Positions 38,175-47,310 of a DNA stretch of 64,000 bases are shown piece by piece. Position 1 is the stretch's first letter, and every line of letters starts with the position of its first letter. The notes below the pieces were generated by a model. That model was given only the letters and a program-made list of their open reading frames with translations, was not told where the DNA came from and did no database searches. This DNA is from Candidatus Woesearchaeota archaeon (GTDB taxonomy: Archaea > Nanobdellota > Nanobdellia > Pacearchaeales > GW2011-AR1): the NCBI GenBank assembly GCA_964612895.1, contig CAZTFL010000001.1, forward strand, positions 177,469-241,468, given 5' to 3'. Both the position numbers and the translations under genes were made by a program.

Positions 38175-39353
38175 TCATATTATTATTTCTATTCCGTCAC
38201 AATTTTTTAATTTATGTTCTTTCCCTATAACCATTTTTGTTCTAATATCAATCGCTTTTATAAAATTGTTTCCAATATCTGTATGTAAATAATATGCAAA
38301 ATCTAATGCTGTAGATCCGGGAGGTAATAAAAAACAATCTGGAAGAACATTTCCTTTAGAATCTGATAATTTAGAACCTGCTGGAAAAATAGCTATATAT
38401 TTTAGCAAATAAAAAACTACTTTATCTAAAATATCTTGAACACCTGTAGAACCAATAATCTCTAAAACATTCTTTTTTATAGATTCAAGAGCATCTTTTT
38501 GTCTAATATTTACTTTGTCTTCATTAATTGTGAAATTACTTTCTCCTGGAATATAATTTATTAAACCTAATTTTGATGCTTGACGTAAAGAAAGTTCACT
38601 ATCCGCAGAACAAGGAATAATAATCAAATTAGAAAATTCTCTTTTAACATTCTCTAAATTAGATAAAGAACTCTGTTTATCCATTTTATTTGCGGCTATA
38701 ATCATTGGTTTAGTATAATGTCTTAATTCTTTCGCAAAATCAAATAAATCTTTATCAGTCCAATTAATAATTTTACCTGCATCTAATTTTAATTTATTAA
38801 TTACGTATTTAATATCATTTTCATTAACCTTCAATCCAGAAAATTGTTTCGAAATCGCTTTAGCGCTATCCTCTTTGGTTGTCTGTATCGCTTTAGAAAG
38901 TTTTTCCCAAACTTTCTTTAAAATTCCAACATACCATTTATCTAACTCGTTTTCTAACATTTTTATATCTTCTACAGGATTTCCTATCCCTTCTTTTCCT
39001 TCAGAATCAGTAGTCCCCGAAATATCTACTATATGAATAAAAGCATCAGCTTGTCTTAAATCATCCAGAAATTGATTTCCTAATCCTTTTCCTTCGCTTG
39101 CTCCTTCTACTAAACCAGCAACATCCATTAAATCAATAGGAACAAAACGAGTTTCTCCATTACAATAACCTGTTCTAGGATTACACTTAACACCAAGTTC
39201 TTTACATAAAGCTTTTACTCTAACATATCCAACACCATGATTTGGTTTTATAGTCGCAAAAGGATAAGGAGCTATTAATACATCTGCCAATGTCGCAGAT
39301 TTAAAGAAAGTGCTTTTTCCACAAGATGGTTTACCTACTAATCCTATTAACAT
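38175..39353 (-). CDS. Obg-like GTPase/ATPase of the YchF/OLA1 family
   Basis: G1 GLVGKPSCGKSTFFKSAT, DVAGLV G3, NKMD G4, C-terminal TGS-like domain. Confidence 0.7.
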   Translation of the reverse strand: MLIGLVGKPSCGKSTFFKSATLADVLIAPYPFATIKPNHGVGYVRVKALCKELGVKCNPRTGYCNGETRFVPIDLMDVAGLVEGASEGKGLGNQFLDDLRQADAFIHIVDISGTTDSEGKEGIGNPVEDIKMLENELDKWYVGILKKVWEKLSKAIQTTKEDSAKAISKQFSGLKVNENDIKYVINKLKLDAGKIINWTDKDLFDFAKELRHYTKPMIIAANKMDKQSSLSNLENVKREFSNLIIIPCSADSELSLRQASKLGLINYIPGESNFTINEDKVNIRQKDALESIKKNVLEIIGSTGVQDILDKVVFYLLKYIAIFPAGSKLSDSKGNVLPDCFLLPPGSTALDFAYYLHTDIGNNFIKAIDIRTKMVIGKEHKLKNCDGIEIII

Positions 39354-39392
39354 ATATTAGAGAAATTATTTGTATTTTTATTATTTTGGGTA

Positions 39393-40802
39393 TTATAATG
39401 CAAGTAAAAATATTATTTTTATTAAAACAATCAATATTCCACTGCCAATAACAAAAACAACGATTTCTTCCTTAAATGTATCATTAGAAACATTATTGGA
39501 ATTATAATCATAAATTATTTGATTCGAATCACGACTATCTTCAACAGTATTTTCTTTAGTATTTTCTTCAAAAGAACTTTCTTTAAATATAATTAATGGA
39601 TTTTCTTTCGGTGTATTATCTTTTTTATTTGTTTTCTTTATAGAAGGTTCTTCTTTTTCAATAATTTCAACATTTATTAATTTAGAACCACATGTAGAGA
39701 AACTACCAATAAAACCATCAGTACAAGCACTAACGTTAATTGTATAATTTCCAGTAGATAAAAATAAATAATTAAATGTATAATTTCCTGAAGATGTTTT
39801 TATATTATAATTATAAATAGATGTATTATTAAAATCTCTTATATTAAAATTCAAGTTACTATTTCTATTATTCACATTTCCATATTCATCCACATAGAAA
39901 GATTCATGAGCTACAACTAAACTATAATTTTCTTTCAAATAAATTGTTCCATTTGTTGGATAAATGTTCAAATTTGAATAAGAATAATTGTTTAAAGAGT
40001 CAGATATTATTTTTATTGATTTTTTTTCATTCTTCTTAGTAGTTGAAAATAATTGATTATCTACAATTTCTGTTTCTACTTCTACTTCATAATCTCCAAC
40101 ACTAGAAAACAAATAAAAAAATCTCTCATTTGTAACACTTTCTCCATAAGGAATATTGATAAATCTTGATTCTTGATGAATATTTGTTCCATTATATAAA
40201 ACATTAAATTTTAGAGAAACATTTACATCTTCTTTTAATGTTATATTTGTTCTTCTTCTATCAGGAACTAAAACATAAGTAGAATCATCCATTTCAATTT
40301 TTACATCAAAAGTAACATTAGATAATCTTGTATTTGTAGAAACAAAATCAAAACTCTTTATTGGAGCATATCCTCCCTCTCTCTTATATAAATAAATATT
40401 TGCATTTGTGGTTGTTCCAGATGTTCCATTTATAGTAGCATTAATTTCTATTCCAAAAAAATCTTGATGATAGAAATAAAGTAAATATCCATAAACACTT
40501 GACATTGTAGTTGGAAAATTAACAGAGAGTTTTTCTGTATTTGTTACAGAACTTAATGAAGAAATTTTATTTCCAACAATGTTACAAGCTGAATTTAAAC
40601 AAGGATAAACATCCAGTCCTGCACCTAAAACTTTATTTGTAGTAGAAACTTGTGTTCCATTTTCATATTTAATAGCTTCAAAGAAACTAAATTCTACAAC
40701 TCTGTCAGCACAAACAAAGCTAACAAAAGAAAATAAAAATAAAAAAACTACCAATAATTTTAAATTTTTATGTTCCATTTTATAATATATTTCCTGGCCC
40801 AA
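39393..40802 (-). CDS. Surface protein with signal peptide and a C-terminal TM anchor
   Basis: N-terminal hydrophobic signal, N/T/S-rich body with N-x-S/T sequons, terminal VIGSGILIVLIKIIFLLAL. Confidence 0.45.
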   Translation of the reverse strand: MGQEIYYKMEHKNLKLLVVFLFLFSFVSFVCADRVVEFSFFEAIKYENGTQVSTTNKVLGAGLDVYPCLNSACNIVGNKISSLSSVTNTEKLSVNFPTTMSSVYGYLLYFYHQDFFGIEINATINGTSGTTTNANIYLYKREGGYAPIKSFDFVSTNTRLSNVTFDVKIEMDDSTYVLVPDRRRTNITLKEDVNVSLKFNVLYNGTNIHQESRFINIPYGESVTNERFFYLFSSVGDYEVEVETEIVDNQLFSTTKKNEKKSIKIISDSLNNYSYSNLNIYPTNGTIYLKENYSLVVAHESFYVDEYGNVNNRNSNLNFNIRDFNNTSIYNYNIKTSSGNYTFNYLFLSTGNYTINVSACTDGFIGSFSTCGSKLINVEIIEKEEPSIKKTNKKDNTPKENPLIIFKESSFEENTKENTVEDSRDSNQIIYDYNSNNVSNDTFKEEIVVFVIGSGILIVLIKIIFLLAL

Positions 40803-41508
40803 AATTTATTTCACCTAGCAATCCAGGAGATGTTGGTTCCCCAAATGTAACCTCTCCAGTTTCTTCCTCTTCCTCCGGAACTTCTTTATCATTAGATTCA
40901 GTAGATATTTCATCTTCTTTTGAAAAATAAAAAGTCTTAATGCTACTTATTGCTTCTGTTCCAAATAAATCTTTACCTGTAGAAACATATGTTTTATTAT
41001 TACAAAGTTCATCATATAATTTAGAATTTGATTTTAAAAGATTAAAAAAATTATCTGAATCTACAATAATTCGATTATACAAAGTTAAATCTTTTTCTCC
41101 TCCTCTCTTCATAGGAATATAAACTTCAATATTTCTACCGTATTTAGTCCCGTATTTAGTCAAATCCATTTCATTTAATATACCCAAATTTGAATAATTA
41201 ACATTTGTATATTCTTGTTTTGATATTCTTTCAAGTTTCCCTTCATCTACTTCTTTTAAATCATCAACTTTTATAGCGTCTTTATCTTTCATATAAAAGA
41301 ATAAAACTTTCTTTTTTTTGCTATCAATAACATACATATCATTATTTTGAATAGATTTTTCTGAGTCAGAGTATGAAGCAACAGTTTTTGATAAATTACT
41401 TAATTCTTCTTTATGATAATCAGCTGGCAATGGATTTGAATATAAACTAGAAGTTAAAGCAAGAACACCAAGGCCAATTCCCAATTCCTTCAAATAATTA
41501 TTTTTCAT
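40780..41508 (-). CDS. Secreted protein with an acidic C-terminus
   Basis: Signal peptide; EEEEETGEV tail; 23-nt overlap with the downstream gene. Confidence 0.4.
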   Translation of the reverse strand: MKNNYLKELGIGLGVLALTSSLYSNPLPADYHKEELSNLSKTVASYSDSEKSIQNNDMYVIDSKKKKVLFFYMKDKDAIKVDDLKEVDEGKLERISKQEYTNVNYSNLGILNEMDLTKYGTKYGRNIEVYIPMKRGGEKDLTLYNRIIVDSDNFFNLLKSNSKLYDELCNNKTYVSTGKDLFGTEAISSIKTFYFSKEDEISTESNDKEVPEEEEETGEVTFGEPTSPGLLGEINFGPGNIL

Positions 41509-41574
41509 AATTTTACTCCGATAAAATTACTACATAAATTGACTATATAAACTTTGTTATTTTTAGAAATATAT

Positions 41575-42153
41575 CTAAAATGTTCTATCTATTTCATTGT
41601 GTATTATAGTAAATACTTGTGAAGCAAAAAGAATTTTAGAAGAAACTGATATTTTATCAATTTTTTTAAGAAATTTATTTTTATCCTTAGGAAACCCTTC
41701 ATGATCTCCAATTATATATACTTCATTTCCTTTAATTGAAGATTTTCTAATATCAACTCCTTTTTCATCTAATAAAAAAACATTCTTCCCCTCACTATCT
41801 AATTCTGAAATTAATTTTTCAAAAGATTTTTTTTCAATAAAACATCCAGGAAATATTTGTTTTAATTCCTCTTTATCTGAAGATTTATATAACATCTTTT
41901 TTATTAAACCAGCAACATCTTTTTTTGAGATAGGCATATCTTTATTTGATTCAAGAATTAAATGTTTTGGTGGATTTGGTTGTCCTTCAAAAATTAAATG
42001 TAATTTAACATCGTCACGCATTTCATTTGAAATAAAAAAAGCAGAAATAATAACATTACAAACTATATCCATTCTACCAGCAGCTTTTAAGTCTTCTTTT
42101 ATAAAATTCCCAGATGTAACAGCATTTTTTGAATAATAAATAAATTCTCTCAT
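41575..42153 (-). CDS. trmY: tRNA (pseudouridine54-N1)-methyltransferase TrmY (SPOUT)
   Basis: MREFIYYS...AAGRMDIVCNVIISAFFIS...RDDV matches the Mja TrmY N-terminal signature. Confidence 0.65.
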   Translation of the reverse strand: MREFIYYSKNAVTSGNFIKEDLKAAGRMDIVCNVIISAFFISNEMRDDVKLHLIFEGQPNPPKHLILESNKDMPISKKDVAGLIKKMLYKSSDKEELKQIFPGCFIEKKSFEKLISELDSEGKNVFLLDEKGVDIRKSSIKGNEVYIIGDHEGFPKDKNKFLKKIDKISVSSKILFASQVFTIIHNEIDRTF

Positions 42154-42183
42154 TTAATATAAAAAATTTAAATCTATATAAAA

Positions 42184-42693
42184 TTAACTTGAACTATCTA
42201 AATATTGATGAACCAAATCATTCTCTAGTTGTTTAACTTCAGAACGAGTAACAATTTTATCTCCATTTTTATCTGCAGACTCTAATGCTTTTGTTAAATG
42301 TACGTAATTATCCAAAAAAGGCTTGTATTTTTCTTTTTCTTCAATAAATATGATTCCACTAATTTCTTTTATTTCTGCAGTACCAGCATAAACGCCAGCA
42401 ATCTTGTTTAAATTATCTACATTATCAACCAAACAAATATATCCTTCCGGAAGACCATATTTTTCAACTAAACCCATATTATTCACATCTAAGGCAGACA
42501 TTAAACTTTTATCACTTAGAGACCTAGGAGTATAATAATAATTTGAACTTATAGCTGATTTTCCACGATACTGAGAAAATGCACGATTGCATTTTAACAT
42601 TTCACAACCACTTCCTAAAGATAAAATTCCACCAATGAGAATAAATGGAACAATTTTTTTTAACAAATTTCTCATATAAGAATTATAAAACAA
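42184..42693 (-). CDS. Lipoprotein-like secreted protein
   Basis: Signal peptide ending LSLGSGC. Confidence 0.4.
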   Translation of the reverse strand: MFYNSYMRNLLKKIVPFILIGGILSLGSGCEMLKCNRAFSQYRGKSAISSNYYYTPRSLSDKSLMSALDVNNMGLVEKYGLPEGYICLVDNVDNLNKIAGVYAGTAEIKEISGIIFIEEKEKYKPFLDNYVHLTKALESADKNGDKIVTRSEVKQLENDLVHQYLDSSS

Positions 42694-42720
42694 AATAGTA
42701 TTTAACCTTTTTGAAATAAA

Positions 42721-44154
42721 TTAAATAGAGTCTTCACTCTTTTTTGTAAAAAATTTTATAGCTTCAGCTAATTCTTTATGAGTTTTTGAGTATGTTTTTA
42801 TATCTATTTTTTTTGTATAAGCATCACAAGCTTGAACTAATGCTTTAGCTCCAGATTGAGTTCCTGAAGGATGAGCATGACAACCAGCACCCATGGTAGT
42901 TATAAAATCAACATTTCCCATAATTTTAATAAAAGAATTTAATAATGTTGGATTAAGACCACCTGAAATAATTGGAACACATTTTTTGATTCCCCTCCAT
43001 GAATCATCACTTAAAGTAACATGATGAGCTAAATCCTTATGAACCAAATTTATAACATCCTTATCTTTATCTTGTATTTTTGCCCAACTTTGATCAAAAA
43101 AGTGTCCCTTTTCTTTCATTCTTAGAATATTATCTGCAGACACCTTATCTTCTTTTGGATTTCCTGCCATTTTCCCGACTCCTGCTGTTCCTGTATGTAT
43201 ACCAGAAGCTCCAGCTAATCTTGCAAATTTTGATAATACTAAAACAGACATTCCAATTGGATTTTCTTCTCTTGTAAAAGCTCCATGAGCAGCTCTATGA
43301 AAATGAATAAAAACATCAGGATATCTTCTTCGTAAAGTTTGAACAGCCATCCAGCCAGCAGTTATCCCATCAATCAAAAAAGCATAACTTCCCTTCTCAA
43401 AACCAGCATTTCTAATCATTTCACATCTTTCAATCATTGTATCAAAATCAGCAGCAGAAACATTAAACGAATGAATTTTTTTCTTTCCAGTTTCTTTTAC
43501 AGCTTTGTCCATTGCTTCTTTTACATACTTAACCATTTTATCATAAGGACAAAAATCTTGATTAGCTTGCGGTTCATCATTTTTAACAAAATCACCTCCA
43601 CCGACCCAAAAGTCATAACAAACTTCAGCATATTCAGAGCTAGTCAATCCCATTTTAGGTTTTATAATAGTTCCAAGAATTGGTCTATTTTTAATTCCTA
43701 AATATTTTCTCATATCATCTAATGTATAACTTGGACCATCATATTGTTCTAACATTGCAGATGGAAACCAGATATCTAATAATTTTAAAGCTTTTATCTG
43801 TTTCATACCCAAGACGTTTCCAATTACATAGGTAAGAATATTTTGAACATTACCACCTCTATCAAATAATCTCCATGGGAAAGCTATCCAAACTAAATTT
43901 TTTTTATAATCAATTTGATATACTAGAGCATTCATTTGTCTTGAGAAATCCGTTTCTGTTTGAACAGCAAAATTTGTTCCAGTAGAAGATTCCGCTGCAA
44001 CCTCTGCTGATGCTTGTAAAATATTGTATTCTGAAGATGAAACTAAATGATAAACAGCTAACATATATTCTCCATTCTTAGGATTCGCTAAATCTAAATT
44101 AATATATGCTTTTTGATGCGAATTCAATGTTTTTAAAAATTTATAATCTACCAT
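42721..44154 (-). CDS. rbcL: RuBisCO large subunit, form II/III (archaeal nucleotide-salvage type)
   Basis: GGGDFVKNDE (carbamyl-Lys/Mg site), GIHTGTAGVGKM, GGLNP motifs; 477 aa. Confidence 0.85.
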   Translation of the reverse strand: MVDYKFLKTLNSHQKAYINLDLANPKNGEYMLAVYHLVSSSEYNILQASAEVAAESSTGTNFAVQTETDFSRQMNALVYQIDYKKNLVWIAFPWRLFDRGGNVQNILTYVIGNVLGMKQIKALKLLDIWFPSAMLEQYDGPSYTLDDMRKYLGIKNRPILGTIIKPKMGLTSSEYAEVCYDFWVGGGDFVKNDEPQANQDFCPYDKMVKYVKEAMDKAVKETGKKKIHSFNVSAADFDTMIERCEMIRNAGFEKGSYAFLIDGITAGWMAVQTLRRRYPDVFIHFHRAAHGAFTREENPIGMSVLVLSKFARLAGASGIHTGTAGVGKMAGNPKEDKVSADNILRMKEKGHFFDQSWAKIQDKDKDVINLVHKDLAHHVTLSDDSWRGIKKCVPIISGGLNPTLLNSFIKIMGNVDFITTMGAGCHAHPSGTQSGAKALVQACDAYTKKIDIKTYSKTHKELAEAIKFFTKKSEDSI

Positions 44155-44234
44155 CTCTTCTACATATTTATATTAATTAACTTTTATAAATTTAACGAGA
44201 CTAACTTTTTAAACTAAAAAAAACTTTATTTTTT

Positions 44235-45050
44235 ATGAAATATATTGATGTTCATTCACATTTAGACATGAGTAAATTTGATATAGATAGAGAGAACTTA
44301 ATTAAAAAAGCAAAAATGGAAAATTTGACAATAATAACTTCAGGTGTTAATCCAACTGTTAATCGTAAAATTCTAGAATATTCAAAAAAATATGATAACG
44401 TATTTGCATCTTTTGGAATTTATCCTATTGACGCATTAATTAAAGACTTCCCAAATGCCCAAGACGACGGTCCAAGAGAAACGATTGTTCCATTCAATAT
44501 AGACGAAGAAATCAATTGGATAAAAGAACATAAAGACGATTGTGTAATGATAGGAGAAATTGGAATGGATTTTAAAGTTATAGAACCTACTGAAAAAATA
44601 AAAAAAGCTCAAATTGAAAATTTTGAAAAAATTATAAAAATGTCAAAAGAAATTAACAAACCAATACTCATTCATTCTAGGGGAGCAGAATTAGAATGTA
44701 TCGAATTATTAGAAAAAAACAACTGCAAAAAGGTAATCATGCATTGTTTTAATGGTAAAAAATCTTTAATAAAAAGAATTATCCAAAATGGATGGTTTAT
44801 AAGTATACCAGCAGTAATAACGCGTTTAGAACATTTTAAAATGGTCGCAGAGATAACACCAATTAATCAGATTTTAACAGAGACAGACGCACCTTATTTA
44901 TCACCTGTAGTAGGAGAAAGGAATATCCCAAATAATGTAAAAATAACAATAAAAGAAATTGCTAAAATCAAAAACATAGAAGAAGAAGAAATTAGAGAAC
45001 AAATAATAAAAAATGCAAAAATGTTTTTTAATAATAATTTTGAATTTTAA
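44235..45050 (+). CDS. tatD: TatD-family metal-dependent DNase/hydrolase
   Basis: YIDVHSHLD N-terminal motif, HSR, HCFNG, ETDAPY. Confidence 0.75.
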   Translation: MKYIDVHSHLDMSKFDIDRENLIKKAKMENLTIITSGVNPTVNRKILEYSKKYDNVFASFGIYPIDALIKDFPNAQDDGPRETIVPFNIDEEINWIKEHKDDCVMIGEIGMDFKVIEPTEKIKKAQIENFEKIIKMSKEINKPILIHSRGAELECIELLEKNNCKKVIMHCFNGKKSLIKRIIQNGWFISIPAVITRLEHFKMVAEITPINQILTETDAPYLSPVVGERNIPNNVKITIKEIAKIKNIEEEEIREQIIKNAKMFFNNNFEF

Positions 45051-45889
45051 TATTTAAAATTTATACCTACTGCTTTTTTTACTAAACCCTTTCTACAATC
45101 TTTAATATCTTCTTTTTTAGCTTTCTTTAGATATTTCTTAATTCTTTTTTTCTTCTCTTGAATTGAAATCTCTTTATTTGTATGTGGTCCTCCGATACAT
45201 CCACCTTTACAGAATAAACAATCTAAAAATAATATCTTTTTTCTCGATTTAGATAGAAATTTTTCTATCTGTTTTATGCCGTCTACAATATATACATCTT
45301 TAGGTTTTAATATACCATTCAAATGAGCAGTTTTATATAATCCACCACTTAATGGATATATTTTTGTATAATCATTATAAAATTTATCAAACTGATATTT
45401 TGTATCATTTTCTGTTATGTTATTTTTTAAGAATAAATCTTTTAATTGTTTATAATCTATAATAAAATCAATTTCTTTGTGCTCATTAGCTTCTATTTTT
45501 TTCATATTACATGGTGATATAAAGAATATTTTATATTTTGGAAAATACTTTCTGCAAATTTTTGCCATAGCAATCATCGGAGAATCTATTCTTATAATAT
45601 TATTATACAAATCTGGATAATTATTTTTTATATAATTAACAACTCCAGGGCAAGTGGATGAAATCAACATTTTTTTTGTATTTTTTAATTTTTTATTATA
45701 TTCACGATTAATCATTTTTGCTCCAAAAGTTAATTCAACTACCTTATCAAATCCTATTTTTTTTAACTGACCAATAATTGATGGATAATTAAAATCTGTA
45801 ACAAAACTCGGTGCAAGCATTGCTAAACATTTTGAATTAGATTTTAGAACACTTTCTATTTTTAATATGTTATTTTTATTCACAACCAT
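45047..45889 (-). CDS. [FeFe]-hydrogenase-like H-cluster-domain protein (minimal, 280 aa)
   Basis: L1-like SSTCPGV (TSCCPGW), L2-like SPCNMKKIEA (MPCxxKKxEA), L3-like FCKGGCIGGP (CxxGCxxGG). Confidence 0.55.
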   Translation of the reverse strand: MVVNKNNILKIESVLKSNSKCLAMLAPSFVTDFNYPSIIGQLKKIGFDKVVELTFGAKMINREYNKKLKNTKKMLISSTCPGVVNYIKNNYPDLYNNIIRIDSPMIAMAKICRKYFPKYKIFFISPCNMKKIEANEHKEIDFIIDYKQLKDLFLKNNITENDTKYQFDKFYNDYTKIYPLSGGLYKTAHLNGILKPKDVYIVDGIKQIEKFLSKSRKKILFLDCLFCKGGCIGGPHTNKEISIQEKKKRIKKYLKKAKKEDIKDCRKGLVKKAVGINFKY

Positions 45890-46514
45890 TTTTTTTTATA
45901 ATTATTTTATTTTTATTAATTAAAACTTTATAAATATAAACTTTATCATAAGGAATATTCCAACTAATAGCTTCTTTTATAGAAGATTTCTCTATTATTT
46001 TTCTAAAAAGCCTAATTGAATTTCCATGCCCAGAAATAACAATATTTGTTTTGTTTTGTTTAAGAATATCTATAATCTCTTTTATAAATATTTTAACCCT
46101 TTTTTCAACATCTTTAAAACTCTCTCCATTTTTTGCAGATACATTCCATCCTCTATGTATTTTATTAAATTCTTTTATTCCATTTTTTTTTATAAAATTA
46201 TCGTGACTAATACCTGATAAATCACCATAACTTCTTTCTATTATATTGTTATTTTCCAATATTTTCTTACACTCTGGATGATACTTTAAAACTTCATACA
46301 AAGTTCTTTTTGAACGAATTAATGATGTGTGTATAGCAATTCCTAATTTTTTATTTCTTAATTTTTTTGAAATTTCTTTGGCGTTTTTAATACCTTCATT
46401 TGTTAATTTTGGATTTTTCCATCCAGTGAATATTCTATCTCTATTATACGTTGTCTGTCCATGTCTAAATATATATATAAAAAATTCTTCTATATTATTT
46501 TTCATTCTTATCAT
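45876..46514 (-). CDS. Histidine phosphatase (phosphoglycerate mutase family)
   Basis: RHG motif (IFRHGQTTYN), downstream catalytic His (SGHGNS). Confidence 0.65.
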   Translation of the reverse strand: MIRMKNNIEEFFIYIFRHGQTTYNRDRIFTGWKNPKLTNEGIKNAKEISKKLRNKKLGIAIHTSLIRSKRTLYEVLKYHPECKKILENNNIIERSYGDLSGISHDNFIKKNGIKEFNKIHRGWNVSAKNGESFKDVEKRVKIFIKEIIDILKQNKTNIVISGHGNSIRLFRKIIEKSSIKEAISWNIPYDKVYIYKVLINKNKIIIKKNGCE

Positions 46515-47310
46515 CTTTTATTTTTATTTTTTCTTGAAGAGAAAAGTCTTTTTTTTGATAAATAATACCTATTGCAATTTTTCCATTTTTTTTATTATAA
46601 TCATATTCTTCTGAAATTTCCTTAGCTTTCTCGTAATCTTCATTGTCTTCTATTTTATACATAAATTTATCTCTGTTATTAAATTCTTTATTGAATATTA
46701 AACAATCTTGTATAACTTCAACAAAAGAAAATCCTTTATGTTTTATTGCTTTTGAAAAAATTTCTACCATATGAGGAATATCTCTAGCATTTGTTCTTGC
46801 GACAAAACTAGCTCCAGAAGAAATAGCTATTTTAATTGGATTTAATGGGAAATTTTCTTCTCCATTGGGTTTTGTTTTAGAAATAAATCCTTTATAAGAA
46901 GTTGGAGTTGATTGTCCTGTAGTTAAAGAAAAATTTTGATTATCATGTAAAATTAATGTCATATCTGAATTATATCTAAAAGAATGAATAAAATGACTAA
47001 TTCCTTCAGAGTATACCGCGCCATCTCCTGCAAAAGTTATAACTTTTAATTTAGGATTACCTATACTTATGCCTAAAGCAACAGGTAATGCTCTTCCATG
47101 TAAACAATAAACTCCACTTAAATTAAGATAATCGAACATCTTTGAATTACAACCAATATCGGTAGTTATAACAAAATCGTTTTGTTTATATGTTTTTGAA
47201 TCTATTAATTTTGCTAAAGTTTGTTTAAATGCTTCATAAATCATAAAATTAGGGCATCCGGGGCACCATGTTATTTCTTCTTTTGTATTTAATTTGTCTT
47301 TTGTTTTCAT
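46495..47310 (-). CDS. korB: 2-oxoacid:ferredoxin oxidoreductase beta (TPP) subunit
   Basis: WCPGCPNF Cys motif, GDG TPP-binding motif (FAGDGAVYSEG). Confidence 0.8.
   Translation of the reverse strand: MKTKDKLNTKEEITWCPGCPNFMIYEAFKQTLAKLIDSKTYKQNDFVITTDIGCNSKMFDYLNLSGVYCLHGRALPVALGISIGNPKLKVITFAGDGAVYSEGISHFIHSFRYNSDMTLILHDNQNFSLTTGQSTPTSYKGFISKTKPNGEENFPLNPIKIAISSGASFVARTNARDIPHMVEIFSKAIKHKGFSFVEVIQDCLIFNKEFNNRDKFMYKIEDNEDYEKAKEISEEYDYNKKNGKIAIGIIYQKKDFSLQEKIKIKDDKNEK

Noticed and set aside
43080-43701. Plus-strand ORFs inside rbcL
   Set aside because: Antisense shadows of RuBisCO.
42721-44154. RuBisCO as evidence of a Calvin cycle or autotrophy
   Set aside because: The enzyme is form II/III. 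No phosphoribulokinase is nearby. In this type of archaeon it functions in nucleotide salvage.
46026-46614. Plus-strand ORFs 46026-46217 and 46327-46614
   Set aside because: Antisense to the phosphatase/korB operon, with F/I-rich low-complexity translation.
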